Assembly: GCA_030390025.1 (NCBI GenBank) | Contig: CM059432.1 | Span: forward strand, 58,530,001-58,594,000 | Direction of reading: 5' to 3' | From: Squalus acanthias | Taxonomy: Eukaryota | Length of the DNA: 64,000 nt | In this document: one piece after another, positions 1-11,616 of the stretch | Position numbering within the stretch: the stretch's first letter is position 1 | Layout: every line of letters begins with the position of its first letter | The notes under the pieces: generated by a model | Seen by the model: only the letters and a program-made list of their open reading frames with translations | Database searches by the model: none | Told to the model about the DNA's origin: nothing | Made by a program: the position numbers and the translations under genes

Positions 1-790
1 AAAACAGAAAGGCAGAGTATTATTTAAATGGTGATATATTGGGAAATGTTGATGTACAGAGGGACCTGGGTGTCCTTGTACACCAGTCAATGAAAGCAAA
101 CATGCAGGTGCAGCAAGCAGTTAGGAAGGCAAATGGTATGTTGGCCTTCATTGCAAGAGGATTTGAGTACAGGAGCAAGGATGTCTTACTACAGTTATAC
201 AGGGCCTTGATGAGACCACACCTGGAGTACTGTGTGCAGTTTTGGTCTCCTTACCTAAGAAAGGATATACTTGCCAAAGAGGGAGTGCAGCAAAGGTTCA
301 CCAGACTAATTCCTGGGATGGCAGGACTGTCGTATGAGGAGAGATTGGGTCGACTAGGCCTGTATTCACTAGAGTTTAGAAGAATGAGAGGGGATCTCAT
401 TGAAACGTATAAAATTCTGACAGGGCTAGACAGACTGGATGCAGGGAGGATGTTTCCCCTGGCTGGGGGGTCTAGAACGAGGGGTCACAGTCTCAGGATA
501 CGGGGTAGAACATTTAGGACTGAGATGAGGAGAAATTTCTTCACTCAGAGGGTGGTGAACCTGTGGAGTTCTCTACCACAAAAGGCTGTGGAGGCCAAAT
601 CACTGAATATATTTAAGAAGGAGATAGATAGATTTCTAGACACAAAAGGCATCAAGGGGTATGGGGAGAGAGCGGGAATATGGTATTGAGATAGAGGATC
701 AGCCATGATCATATTGAATGGCGGAGCAGGCTTGAAGGGCCGAATGGCCTACTCCTGCTCCTATTTTTCTATGTTTCTATGTTTCTATGT
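1..790 (+). mobile_element. CR1-type LINE, 3' part (ORF2 C-terminus, 3'UTR, (TTTCTATG)n tail); runs off the window start
   Basis: ORF 39-689 has CR1 ORF2 C-terminal motifs (RPHLEYCVQFWSPY, RGDLIETYKIL, RNFFTQRVVNLW); tandem tttctatg tail at ~766-790. Confidence 0.95.
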
Positions 791-855
791 AATTAATTGG
801 AATTATTTATTCCTAGATCCTGCCCGTGGTAATTATTTACTCTTTCTTTACTTAT

Positions 856-1360
856 CTGCACTGGAGAGGGTGCCGAGAAGATTTACAAGGATGATACCAG
901 AAATGCGAGGGTATACATATCAGGAAAGGATGAACAGGCTGAGTCTCTTTTCTCTTGAAAAAAGAAGGCTGAGGGGTGACCTAATAGAGGTCTTTAAAAT
1001 TATGAAAAATTTTGATAGAGTGGATACGGAGAGAATGTTTCCACTTGTGGGGAAGATCATAACTAGAGGCCGTCAATATAAGATAGTCACCAAGAAATCC
1101 AATAGGGAATTCAAAAGAAACTTCTTTACGCAAAAGAGTGGTGAGAATGTGGAACTCGCTACCACAGGGAGTGGTTGAAGTGAATAGTATAGATGCATTT
1201 AAGGGGAGGCTAGACAAGCATATGAGGGAAAAGGGAATAGAGGGTTATGCTGATCGAGTTAGATGAGGAAAGATGGGAGGAGGCTCGTGTGGAGCATAAA
1301 CGCCGGCATGGACTGGTTGGGCCGAATGGCCTGTTTCTGTGCCTTTTATCCTATGTAATC
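856..1360 (+). mobile_element. CR1-type LINE 3' fragment (second subfamily)
   Basis: LERVPRRFTRMIP...RGDLIEVFKIMK...RNFFTQ; 3'UTR gggccgaatggcctgtttctgtg; similar copy at 58870-59362. Confidence 0.9.
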
Positions 1361-1892
1361 CTTATTGTTACCTGGCCCCATTTGCTGCCCAGGAGAACTT
1401 TCTGCACTTCCTTATCACTAATAGTGGCTCAAAATAAATTGTGTTCAACACCACCAGGACACTGGGTGTGGGGGGGTGGGTGGGCGGTGGAGGGGCGGCG
1501 GCGGGGCGAGGGGGAGATCACTGTAATGCTGCTAATGGGAAAAAGGACCACAATGGTAAGTAGGCAGACTTACCACAAAGACTAACCTGTTACCACCCAC
1601 ATAAAAACTCTTAAGGCCTAGAAATTGGATATAGCCATGAAACAGGCAATGTTAATGCCTAATGATGCGCCACCTTAAAATGGTTTAGGTAGCACATGAA
1701 ACTCCTCATTAACATAATTATAGTCATTATTTCAGCGCTAAAACTGCTGTTCATTGGCTTAATGCTCAACAGGTGGGCTAATATCAGGGCCAGTCTAATT
1801 CCCAGTCATGTGTGGCACAGGCTTTTTCCACTACTTAAAGGGGAGGTACATTGATGCTACAGCACTTCATTGTCAAGACAGTTCCAACTGCA

Positions 1893-1986
1893 GGAAGAAG
1901 AAAGAAGAAGAAGAAGAAGAAAGAAGAAAGAAGAAAGAAGAAAGAAGAAAGAAGAAAAAGCCAAAGCCAAAGCCAAAGCCAAAGCC
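1893..1986. repeat. (GAA)n/(GAAA)n purine microsatellite followed by (GCCAAA)n
   Basis: Directly visible, immediately upstream of the H1 Myb ATG at 1987. Confidence 0.95.
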
Positions 1987-3603
1987 ATGGCAGAGCGTCC
2001 TCAAATGGAGAGAGTCAGGAGATTTACGGACGCCGTTCTGGAGGCACTGGTTGTGGCTGTGGAGAAGAGGTGGGCTGTCCTCTTTCCACATACTGGAAGG
2101 AAGCACCTGCCATACATCTCCCCAAGGATGTGGCAGGAGATAGCTGCACATGTGATGGTCAGCACTGTGGTGCCAAGGTTGGCCATCCAGTGCCGGAAGA
2201 AGTTTAATGACCTCACAGATGTGGTCAAGGTGAGTGAAGGCTTCAGCAAATGCCATGTACCACCATCTGCACCACAAGCCTCACACACTACTCAATGCAC
2301 CACACCCCCAGCATTCACCTACCAACATTCTCTACCTATCACCACTCACACCTCACAATCATAGCTTCACTTCACCCTCACAACCTTACCACTGCTGCAG
2401 CACTCACACCCACATCTCACACCTTGCGCACACTGACAGCTATTCAACTATGGAAGGCACGTCACACAAGCACATTGCACCACACTCACTCACACACTTC
2501 TCTTTGTCTTGCAGGCCAAGGTGGCTCACAACTGGAGGGAGCAACAGCGGACAGGCCGGGAGCAGGCTGACACCCACGACCTCAGCCAGCTGGAGGAGAG
2601 AGTTCTGCAGATCATTGGGTGGCAGATCGTAGAGGCCGTGGCAACCGACGAGGTTGAACCCCTGGGGGACAATGACGGTATGGACATTCCTAATCCTTCT
2701 TCTCACATCCCACTTTCCTCTCATCTCACAATCTCTTCTCACTTTCAAGCTACTGATGCTGTATGCATGCATATGTGGTTTCCGTCCCACCCGCCTCCCC
2801 TCACCATAACCCGACTCTTGTGCCTTTCTGCTTTCAGATAATCAGCAACAAACACTGGACCAGCCTGTCCCCGAGGCGATGCACGAGAGCGAGGGGGGAC
2901 AAGAAGAGAAAGACACTGTATCACTGCATCTGTCACTCGCCGACACCAGCTCAGAAACTGGCACTGCGCGTCATTTAGAGGTTAGTGTAGTAGCAGGATC
3001 TGCACAGGGTGAGGCACTGGGCATGAGTGGGCTGCAGCAAGGCCAGAAGGAAAGGACAACTCGGGGGCCAGCTCCCCAGAGGGTGAGTTCACACGTGAGT
3101 TCTGCTGCACAGGATTCAGATGAGGACCTCGATGGGGTGGCCTTCAGAAGAAGGGTGATGGGCATGCACACCGAATTGATAGATGTAATGGCAAGCCTGC
3201 CAGAGAGCCTCCAACATTGCACAAGGCTTTACGCAGAGCTTGGAGCCCAGGATTTCCAGGCTGGAAATGATGGAAGACTCCCGAAGGGACCATGTCGACC
3301 CAGATGTGATGATGGGTGTGATGGGCAATGTCGTGTCTGCCATTACAGCACAGGCGGAAGCAACTCAACGTCTTAGTGATGCAACGGAAGCACAGACTGC
3401 TCTCATGCAGTCTCAGCGTGATGATATCCAAGCTCAGACTGCTGCCATCGTGGCTGGGTTTATCACTGTCGACCGGTGCTTGCAGGGTGTCGCAGCAGCC
3501 CAGCAATCTGTGCTCCAACAGATGGCTAGGAATGCTGCAGCGCCGCCCCGGGGGAGTGGCAGTGGGTCAGTGGAGCAGGACCCAGCTGTCCTCTCTCAAG
3601 ATG

Positions 3604-4175
3604 TGGAGATGCCGGCGTTGGACTGGGGTGGACAAAAATGAGAAGTCGCACAACACCAGGTTATAGTCCAACAGATTTATTTAATTTTACAAGCTTCAGC
3701 AGCCAGGGGCATTCAGCCTCGGATCTGCGGGTAAGCGTTCTCCAGGGCAGCCTTCGGGATACACGACAGCGCAAAATCATAGAGCAGAAACTGATAGCCA
3801 AGTTCCGCACTCATGAGGATGGCCTCAATTGCGATATCGGGTTCATGTCACGATACAGAATGTGACTTGACACTTCCCAGGTGTTTTTTTTTTTAAAAGA
3901 CTAGCACAAGAACCAACACAAATTGACAGGATATGCAGCCAGCAGGTGGTTTGACACGTTGGACCCCCTGGGACACATCTCATTGTCTTGGCTGTGCTCT
4001 TAGTGTGTCTTTGATGTAGGGAAATATTTGAATAGATTTTGTCTGTGTTTAAATTGTGAATTCTGGGAGATTCTCTCACTGCTAACTTACCTGAGGAAGG
4101 AGCGACAGCTCCGAAAGCTTGTAAAATTAAATAAATCTGTTGGACTATAACCTGGTGTTGTGCGACTTCTCATTT
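3604..4175 (+). mobile_element. Short Penelope-like element (3' end of GIY-YIG ORF plus pLTR) with inverted 5' arm
   Basis: 13-bp TSD CTCTCTCAAGATG (3591-3603 / 4176-4188); peptide GHSASDLRVSVLQ...RKIIEQKLIAKFRTHEDGLN; ~3636-3697 is the reverse complement of ~4114-4175. Confidence 0.9.
4087..4124 (+). ncRNA. Minimal type I hammerhead ribozyme in Penelope pLTR
   Basis: TTAC-CTGAGGA-A-GGAGC gaca GCTCC-GAAA-GCTT-GTAA: conserved core, stems I and II paired, palindromic stem III (AAGCTT). Confidence 0.8.
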
Positions 4176-4658
4176 CTCTCTCAAGATGACAGCATTCCCG
4201 TTCCCACCAGTGCCACTCTGCCAGTGCCCTTGCTGCTGCCTGTCAGCCAGCCAGCCCAGACTGCTGCCGCCCATGCCGAGGTGGTGCAGTGTACAGCTGG
4301 GCCTTCTAGGGCCAGAGCTGCTCGAATTCGTCCTGCAAGACCATCTGAAGTCTCCCACACGGAAACTCAGCAGCCTTCCACCAGCCCTGCTGCAGCCACT
4401 GAGGGAGCACTTTGTAGGAGCACTAGAGTAGGAAAAGGCACATGAACAACAGGCACTAAGGGATTGCACAAGGGTGATTCGTTCATATTGTTGATGTAAA
4501 TATGTGGGAAGTGAATTTTGATAAATTTAGTCATTTTGTTTGGAATCATTTGAGGTGTCTCTCATTTGAGCTTTGTACCCAGTAGGACGCTGTGATATTC
4601 CGTGACAGAGGGATGGCAAGATGGGGATGTGGTGAGCAATGGGGATCTGGGGTTTCAT

Positions 4659-5698
4659 TCATTGGAATCGGAGTCTGATGAGGCGTTCACGGACAGCCCG
4701 TCCAGAAGGGGGGTTGGTTGCCTGCCTCCTCCCTCCAACCTCGTCCTCTTCCTCTTTCTCTTGCTCCTCGTCCTCTTCCTCCTCTCCCTCGTCCTCCTCC
4801 TGAGGTGGTCTCACATTCCCTGCTGGCAAGGGCTGGGCCCTCATGATGGTCAAGTTGTGAAGCATGCAGCAGACCACCACAAAATGGGACACCCACCCCA
4901 GAGTGTACTGGAGGGCTCCTCCTGAGTGGTCAAGGCAGCGGAACCATTGCTTCAGCAGACCGATGGTCTGCTCAATGATGTTCCTGGTGACAGCATGGCT
5001 CTCATTATTATGAGTGCTGGGCACGAGTGGTGAGGTTGCGGAGGGGAGTCATCAGCCAGGTGCAGAGCGGATAGCCCTTGTCTCCGAGCAGCCACCCTTG
5101 AGTTTTCGGCGGTGGCTGGAAGATTGTTGGCAAACTGGACTGGCACAGGATGAAGGCATCATGGCTACTGCCAGGATAGCAGGCATTGACCATCAGGAAT
5201 CCTGGCAAAGTCACATGCGCGCTTGTCCTGCTTCTCTCTGCTCAGAGAGAAGACAACATAGTCCCTTCTCCTGGTATAGAGAGCCTCAGTGACCTCCCGG
5301 ATGCAGCGATGGACGGCAAAATCTGAGATGTTTGCTATGTCTCCTGCTGCAGACTGGAAGGATCCACTAGCGAAGAAATGCAGGGCCACGGTGACCTTGA
5401 CTGCCACTGGGAGAGCCATGGTCACCCTGCTCTGCGGCTGCAGGTCTGGTTGCAGGTGGTGGCAGAGTTTTGTGACCACCTCCTTGGTGAAGCGGTGCCT
5501 CCGAATACACTGCTCCTCGCTTAAATGGATATAAGAGAAGTGCTCTCTGAAGACCCTAGGTGGGTAAGGCCTCCTGTTGAGAGCCCTCCTGGCCCTCCTC
5601 CTCCTCCCTCTGCGAGCATCTTCTCGTCTTCTTCGCTGCCTCCCCTCCCTCTCCCGAAGATCCTCGACCGTGAGGGGGGCTGCAAGTACAACCCCCAT
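4659..5698 (-). pseudogene. HARBI1-like DDE transposase of H1 (internal deletion and frameshifts)
   Basis: Fragments [59 protein letters not shown] in different frames; IDCTH segment deleted near 5200. Confidence 0.92.
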
Positions 5699-5802
5699 GA
5701 CTGTGAGCAAGTGTTGTGAACAGAAGCCTTTAAGTAATAATGAAGCTGTTCTCCACTTGCAACAACACTCCCTGTTACCTTAGAACCTTGAAAGAAGTTA
5801 AT

Positions 5803-6568
5803 GGGCCAGAAATTTGGCTCCCTGGCTTCCCGCGGGTGCAAGGATCGCGCGCGCACCTACCTACCGCACCTGCCGTTGACCTCTGGGCCCACGGGGACTT
5901 CGGCTCCTGGGCCTTCTGCGGCTGCCGGCGCGCAGTGCTTGTGTATCCCAGGGGCGTAGTTAGTGCGATGCGTCCCCTGGGATCACGTGGGACATGGAGA
6001 GCCAATGGCAGCAGACCATCTTTCATTCATAGATTTGACAGGAAGACCTGTCAAATCTATGAATACAGATCAGCCCCAAAACATCCCTAAAAATACAAAT
6101 AAATTTTTTAAAAAACATCACATTTTAAAAATAACTATAAATTACATTAATTAACTATTTTAAACAAAAGTTAAAATTTTTGAAAAAATTAATTACATTT
6201 TTTAATGGGGCTAAAACTAAACTTACCTTTCTTTAAAGTAATTAAAAAAGATAAATCTGTGAAAAAAATGTTTAAATTTTAATAAAATCAACACTTACCT
6301 TGTTAAAAGAAGGCCTTGCGCCTCCTTTTTAAAAGTGTATCTTCTCCGTGCTTACCTTCATGGAGGAACCTGTAAAAAAAATCCGAAGTGCGAGGCGAAC
6401 GCGCTGGCCCTCCGGCGTGCGCGTTCAACCTCTGAACCCCTTTCCTCAGGGGGCGGAAGTGCCGGTTTCCCACGCATGCGCAGTGCATGCAAGAAACCGG
6501 CACTTTTGTTCCGTCCACGGGTGAGTACACAGTGCGTACTCCCCCGACAACAGCCGAATTTCTGCCCC
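5803..6568. mobile_element. Harbinger-type MITE M1 (~765 bp, AT-rich core)
   Basis: TIRs GGGCCAGAAATT / AATTTCTGCCCC; flanks AAT/ATT; close paralog at 9682-10446. Confidence 0.9.
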
Positions 6569-6940
6569 ATTAGCTGCTGGAGTTGCAGAAAGTTGCACAG
6601 AACCAGTCAAACTGAGCAAACATGTCAGGTGCACGTGATTGCTGATGATCCCTTTAACTAACGCTGCTGGAGCCTCCTTTCTGCTTGTCAATGATTGCAC
6701 AGCTCGTCGTAGTTAAAGCATGCCGGTAAGCGGAGCGGTGAAGTCCAAACTCGCAGATCTGGCATCAAGTGAGCATTGCAGACTCACTGACATCACGATC
6801 TGCTTCATTTCAATGATTTTCGTGATCGCTGTTATCAGCAGTGCTGCCGGCCACCCCAAAATGGCAGTCGCCACGGGACCTACCGCCAGCTGCTGTTAAT
6901 TATGGTGCTATCGGGTGGCGATAAACCACCCAATTTCTAG

Positions 6941-7613
6941 GCAGGTGCAGCAGGCGGTGAAGAAGGCAAATGGTATGTTGGCCTTCATAGCGAAAGGGTT
7001 TGAGTCCAGGAACAAGGATGTCCTGCTGCAGTTGTACAGGGCCTTGGTGAGACCACACCTTGAGTATTGTGTGCAGTTTTGGTTGCCTTATCTGAGGAAG
7101 GATGTTCTTGCCATGGAAGGAGTTCAGTGAAGATTCACAAGGCTGATACCTGGGATGGCAGGACTGACATATGAGGAGAGATTGGGTCGATTGGGCTTAT
7201 ACTCGCTGGAGTATAAAAGAATGAGAGGGGATCTCATCGAAACATATAAAATTCTGACAGGTCTGGACAAACTAGATGCAGGAAGAATGTTCCCGATGGT
7301 CGGAGAGTCCAGAACCAGGGGTCATAATCTAAGGATAAGGGGTAAACCATTTAGGACAGAAATGAGGAGGAATTTCTTCACCCAGAGAGTGGTGAACCTG
7401 TGGAATTCTCTACCACAGAAGGTAGTTGAGGCCAAGTCATTAAATATATTCAAAAATGAGTTAGATATATTTCGTAAAGCTAAAGGTATCAAGGGATATG
7501 GGGAGAAGGCAGGGACAGGGTACTGAGTTTGGATGATCAGCCATGATCTCATCGAATGGCGGAGCAGGCTCGAGGGGCCGAATGGCCTACTCCTGCTCCT
7601 ATCTTCTATGTTT
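6941..7613 (+). mobile_element. 5'-truncated CR1 LINE
   Basis: Same ORF2 C-terminus and tail as 1-790, with one internal stop codon. Confidence 0.93.
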
Positions 7614-7771
7614 CTAAGGATATGATACAGGCAATCACTATTGGTGTTACTATTAACATCCACACTATTTGCACGTTAGATATAAGTAATTTTAGGAGTG
7701 TGGTAGAGTTTATTGCATGCTACAAAATTATGCTGGGATGAAGTGACTGGTCAGTGTTATAAGACTGTGTT

Positions 7772-8300
7772 CTGTGATAACCCTGGGCTGTGCGGTAACC
7801 CCGGGCTGTGCGGTAACCCCGGGCTGTGCGGTAACCCCGGGCTGTGCGGTAACCCCGGGCTGTGCGGTAACCCCGGGCTGTGCGGTAACCCCGGGCTGTG
7901 CGGTAACCCCGGGCTGTGTGTTTATCCCGGGCTGTGCGGTAACCCCGGGCTGTGCGGTAACCCCGGGCTGTGCGGTAACCCCGGGCTGTGCGATAACCCC
8001 GGGCTGTGCGATAACCCCGGGCTGTGCGATAACCCCGGGCTGTGGGATAACCCCGGGCTGTGCGATAACCCCGAGCTGTGCGATAACCCTGGGCTGTGCG
8101 ATAACCCCGGGCTGTGCGGTAACCCCGGGCTGTGCGATAACCCCGGGCTGTGCGATAACCCCGGGCTGTGCGGTAACCCCGGGCTGTGCGGTAACCCCGG
8201 GCTGTGCGCTAACCCCGGGCTGTGCGGTAACCCCGGGCTGTGCGCTAACCCCGGGCTGAGCGGTAACCCCGGGCTGTGTGATAACCCTGGGCTCTGCGAT
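7772..8300. repeat. 18-bp CpG-rich minisatellite (CTGTGCGGTAACCCCGGG)n, ~29 units
   Basis: Directly visible tandem array with GGT/GAT/GCT variants. Confidence 0.97.
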
Positions 8301-8389
8301 GGCAATTTAAGCAAATTGCTTGTTTCTGGACCTGTTTTTGGTTGACATTAGCCTGAGTTTGACACCAGTTTTGGCGTACTTCAGACAAT

Positions 8390-9154
8390 GGCCCGAAAAT
8401 TAAACCTAATACGCGAGAGTACACACTGTGTACTCTCGCGTATTAGATCCCGAATTGTCGGTTTCCTGCATGCACTGCGCATGCGCGGGAAACCAGCACT
8501 TCATGAATTGAAAAGAGGGCGGTTCCTAAGTGAACCGCGTGCCCACTACAGGTTGTGCGCACGCAGTGCACTTAGTTTTTTTTCCAGCTTTGAACGCGCA
8601 GGTAAGTGGTGAAGATTTTACACACAAAGAAAGCAGGCGTAGGACCCCCTTTTAACAAGGTAAGTAGTTAATTAAGTGTTATTTTAAATTTTTTTCAACA
8701 GGTTTATCTTTTTTAGAGACTTTAAAGAAAGGTAAGTTTATTTTTATAACTTTTAAAAAGATTTTAAATTTTTTCAAAAATTTTATTTTTTGTTTAAAGT
8801 GGTTAATTTATTTAACTATACTTATTTTATTAATGTGATGGCTTTTTTTTTTAATTTAATTGAGGTTTAGCTGTTCTTTTGGGGGTGTGTAGTATTCATA
8901 GCTTTGACAGCTCTTGTCGTCAAAACTATGAATGAAAGATGGTGTGCTGCCATTGGCTCTAACTAAATCACGTGATCCCAGAGCTCGCACAAACTAATTG
9001 CGCCTCTGGGATACGCACACACTGCACGGTTCCAACAGAGAGAGCCTTTGAAACTAAAGTTCGTGTGGGCCCGGAGCAAAAAGGTAGGCGCGGAGTGCGA
9101 TATCGCGAGGAATCCTTACCCCCGCGGGAACCATCGATGTTTAATTTCTGGGCC
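8390..9154. mobile_element. Harbinger-type MITE M2
   Basis: TIRs GGCCCGAAAATT / AATTTCTGGGCC; TSD AAT (8387-89 / 9155-57); inverted paralog of M4. Confidence 0.93.
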
Positions 9155-9289
9155 AATGTCACCACGTGCTACTCTGCAACTTCCCTTCCCTTCCTCGACT
9201 TTTCTAGCAGTTCTGCCTGGTACCATTGGAAAAACTGAGTGAAAATTAACTTAAATCATTCTAAACAAACAGAAAAGTTTTGACACAAA

Positions 9290-9480
9290 CTGAGCACAGA
9301 TGCAATGAGGCCCATGCAGCTACCAAGATCATCAGAGAGCATACCACAGGGATCTGGAAGTAATGGTTCAAATATCTTGACAGATCAAGTGCCCTATAAT
9401 ACATGTTTGATAGTGCTTTCAAGATCATTATCATTTGTTGTACAACTTTATTCTGCAAAGTGGCTATGAGAAAGAAGAGG
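9290..9480 (+). pseudogene. Ancient HARBI1-like transposase relic (C-terminal part)
   Basis: Translates CNEAHAATKIIREHTTGIWK*WFKYLDRSSAL*Y...IIIICCT, matching the NESH..TRNIIE..K.RFRCLD..GALQY..CC motif order. Confidence 0.7.
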
Positions 9481-9681
9481 ATAACTGGCAATCAAGGCAA
9501 GAGCAGAATAAAGATACTGACTAAAGGGAAGTCCCTGCAGTACCATCAGTGCAGCTAACAAGAATCTTGTGACAGATGCTTAGACAAGACACGTTCAGCT
9601 GAGTGCCTGAGATGTCCCTTTAATGAAGGCTTCTGTTTACATATACTTAACCAAGTGGCAAAAAACAGCTTCTCCAACATT

Positions 9682-10446
9682 GGGCCAGAAATTTGGTTTT
9701 CCGGCTTCCTGCGGGTGCAAGGATCACGCGCGTACTTGCCCACCGCGCCTGCCGTTGTGCTTTGGGCCCACGAGGACTTCGGGTCCTGGGCCTCCTGCAG
9801 CTGCCGGCGCGCAGTGCTTGCGTATCCCAGGGGCGCAGTTAGTTCAAAGCGTCCCCTGGGATCACGTGGGCCATGGAGAGCCAATCCTAACAGGGCATTT
9901 TCATTCATAGATTTGACAGGAAGACCTGTCAAATCTATTAATAGAGATCGGCCCCAAAACCACACTTAAACTTCAAATATTTTTTTTTTTTAAACATCAC
10001 ATTTTTTAAATAACTATAAGTTACATAAATTAACTACTTTAAACAAAAATTTAAATTTTTGAAAAAATTAATTATACTTTTTAATGGTGCTAAAACTAAA
10101 CTTACCTTTCTTTAAAGTATCTAAAAAAGATAAACCTGTTGAAAAAATGTTTAAATTGTAATTAATTAACCACTTACCTTGTTAAAAACAGGCCTTGCGC
10201 CTCCTTTTTAAAAGCGCAGCTTCTTCATACTTACCTTCCCGGAGAAACCTGAAAAAAAAACGAAGTTCGCTGCGTGCGCGCAGCTTCTCCCGCGCACGCG
10301 TTCGACTTCTGAACCCCTCCCTTCAGGGGAACAGAAGTTCCGGTTTCCCACGCATGCGCAGTGCATGCAGGAAACCGGCACTTCAGGTGGCCTGACGGGT
10401 GAGTACACAGCGCGTACTCACCCGACAACAGCCGAATTTCTGGCCC
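9682..10446. mobile_element. Harbinger-type MITE M3
   Basis: TIRs GGGCCAGAAATT / AATTTCTGGCCC; TSD ATT on both sides. Confidence 0.93.
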
Positions 10447-10660
10447 ATTGTTCTTGCTACTACATCAACTCCCTTTAAAGCTCATCCTTTGCTCTGCTGC
10501 TACCTTAGTTGGCACCACCAGAAAGAAACTCTTTTGGGGAAAGATCAAGTAAAGAGCGATTAATTTATTTTCGTACTTTGTGTCAGGCTGTCAGTGATGT
10601 TAATGTCTTTTTCCACAATGCTTCCCTTTAGTGTGAATGTATTGTGAGACTTGTTACTTC

Positions 10661-11300
10661 TTACAGTGATTCCCCAGTAGGAGTAAGTGTACGAGCCAGC
10701 TGCAAGGCTTCTGTGGGAGCTGCTTGGTGTTCAGGTGGCTCCATACCTCCTTGTGCTGGGACATGAGTTGGCCTCACTGAATGGCCCTGCCCACTTTCTG
10801 TCATTTGTGCAGAGCAGCTGCATGGTCCAGATGTGACATCACCTTCAGAGACAGCTGCCTTCTCCATGCCTACTCCAGTTATGCTCCTGCTTCATGGCAG
10901 CAGATCCGGTGATGTGTGCGTTAACAAACCCCGTGGCTGAATATAGGTCAGTGAAGCCCTGATTGAGTGAAGGTTCTTCTAATCTGATCCCCCAGCATGC
11001 TAAAAATTGGACAGGATAGCTTGTTGCAGATTGGAGCCAATCAACAATCTGAGCTTTCACAAGAGATACTGCAACTAGTCAGAAGACATCTGCCATTGAG
11101 GCGCCACTGCAGATGCTGTTGGAGTTGTCAGCTGCTCCACAGTGGATTACAGTGCTTAGCAGATTTCCAACACCCCTGCATTGATGAAGCTACTGGACTC
11201 CTCCACACTTTTATCCAGACACTGCAGGGAGTATTGAGCAGACACAAATGACTTCAATGAACAATCCTGATGAGACAGCAATCTTTTATAAGCAGATCCT
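10661..11300 (-). pseudogene. Probable relic of a Harbinger Myb-gene third exon
   Basis: SLQCLDKSVEESSS resembles SLLSLSRSMEESGS of element A; convergent with the transposase relic at 9290; many stops. Confidence 0.45.
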
Positions 11301-11616
11301 GTAAGATGAAAGAACAATATGCAATAGTAAACTTCAGGAGTCATTCTCCAGTATAAATAAAACTGAAAGTACATGTTTAAACAATATTGGCCCAGAAATT
11401 AAACATCGATGGTTCCCGCGGGGGTAAGGATTCCCCGCGATATCGCACTCCACGCCTACCTTTTTGTTTCGGGCCCACACGAACTTCAGTTTCAGGGCCT
11501 CTCCCTGTTGCCAGCGTGCAGTGCTTGCGTGTCCCAGAGGCGCAATTAGTTCGTGCGAGCTCTGGGATCACGTGATTCAGTTAGAGCCAATGGCACCACA
11601 CCATCTTTCATTCATA

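Larger units (their letters stand above)
1987..4445 (+). pseudogene. Harbinger Myb/SANT-like DNA-binding protein gene of H1 (3 exons, frameshifted, interrupted by a Penelope insertion)
   Basis: Exon 1 1987-2229 (RRFTDAVLEALV...WQEIA...QCRKKFNDL) ends AAG|gtgagt; exon 2 from 2515 (ttgcag|AKVAHN); exon 3 degraded. Confidence 0.88.
1615..6942. mobile_element. Harbinger/PIF DNA transposon H1 (formerly autonomous, degraded; contains Penelope and MITE insertions)
   Basis: TIRs GGCCTAGAAATTGG (1615) / CCAATTTCTAGGC (6942); left flank TAA; convergent Myb-like (+) and HARBI1-like transposase (-) genes. Confidence 0.92.

Noticed and set aside
1808..2207. Lys/Glu/Arg-rich ORFs
   Set aside because: Translation of the GAA microsatellite upstream of the Myb ATG
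7713..8345. 210-aa Cys-rich (CGNPGL)n ORF
   Set aside because: By-product of a stop-free 18-bp minisatellite; non-ATG start, no splice or promoter support
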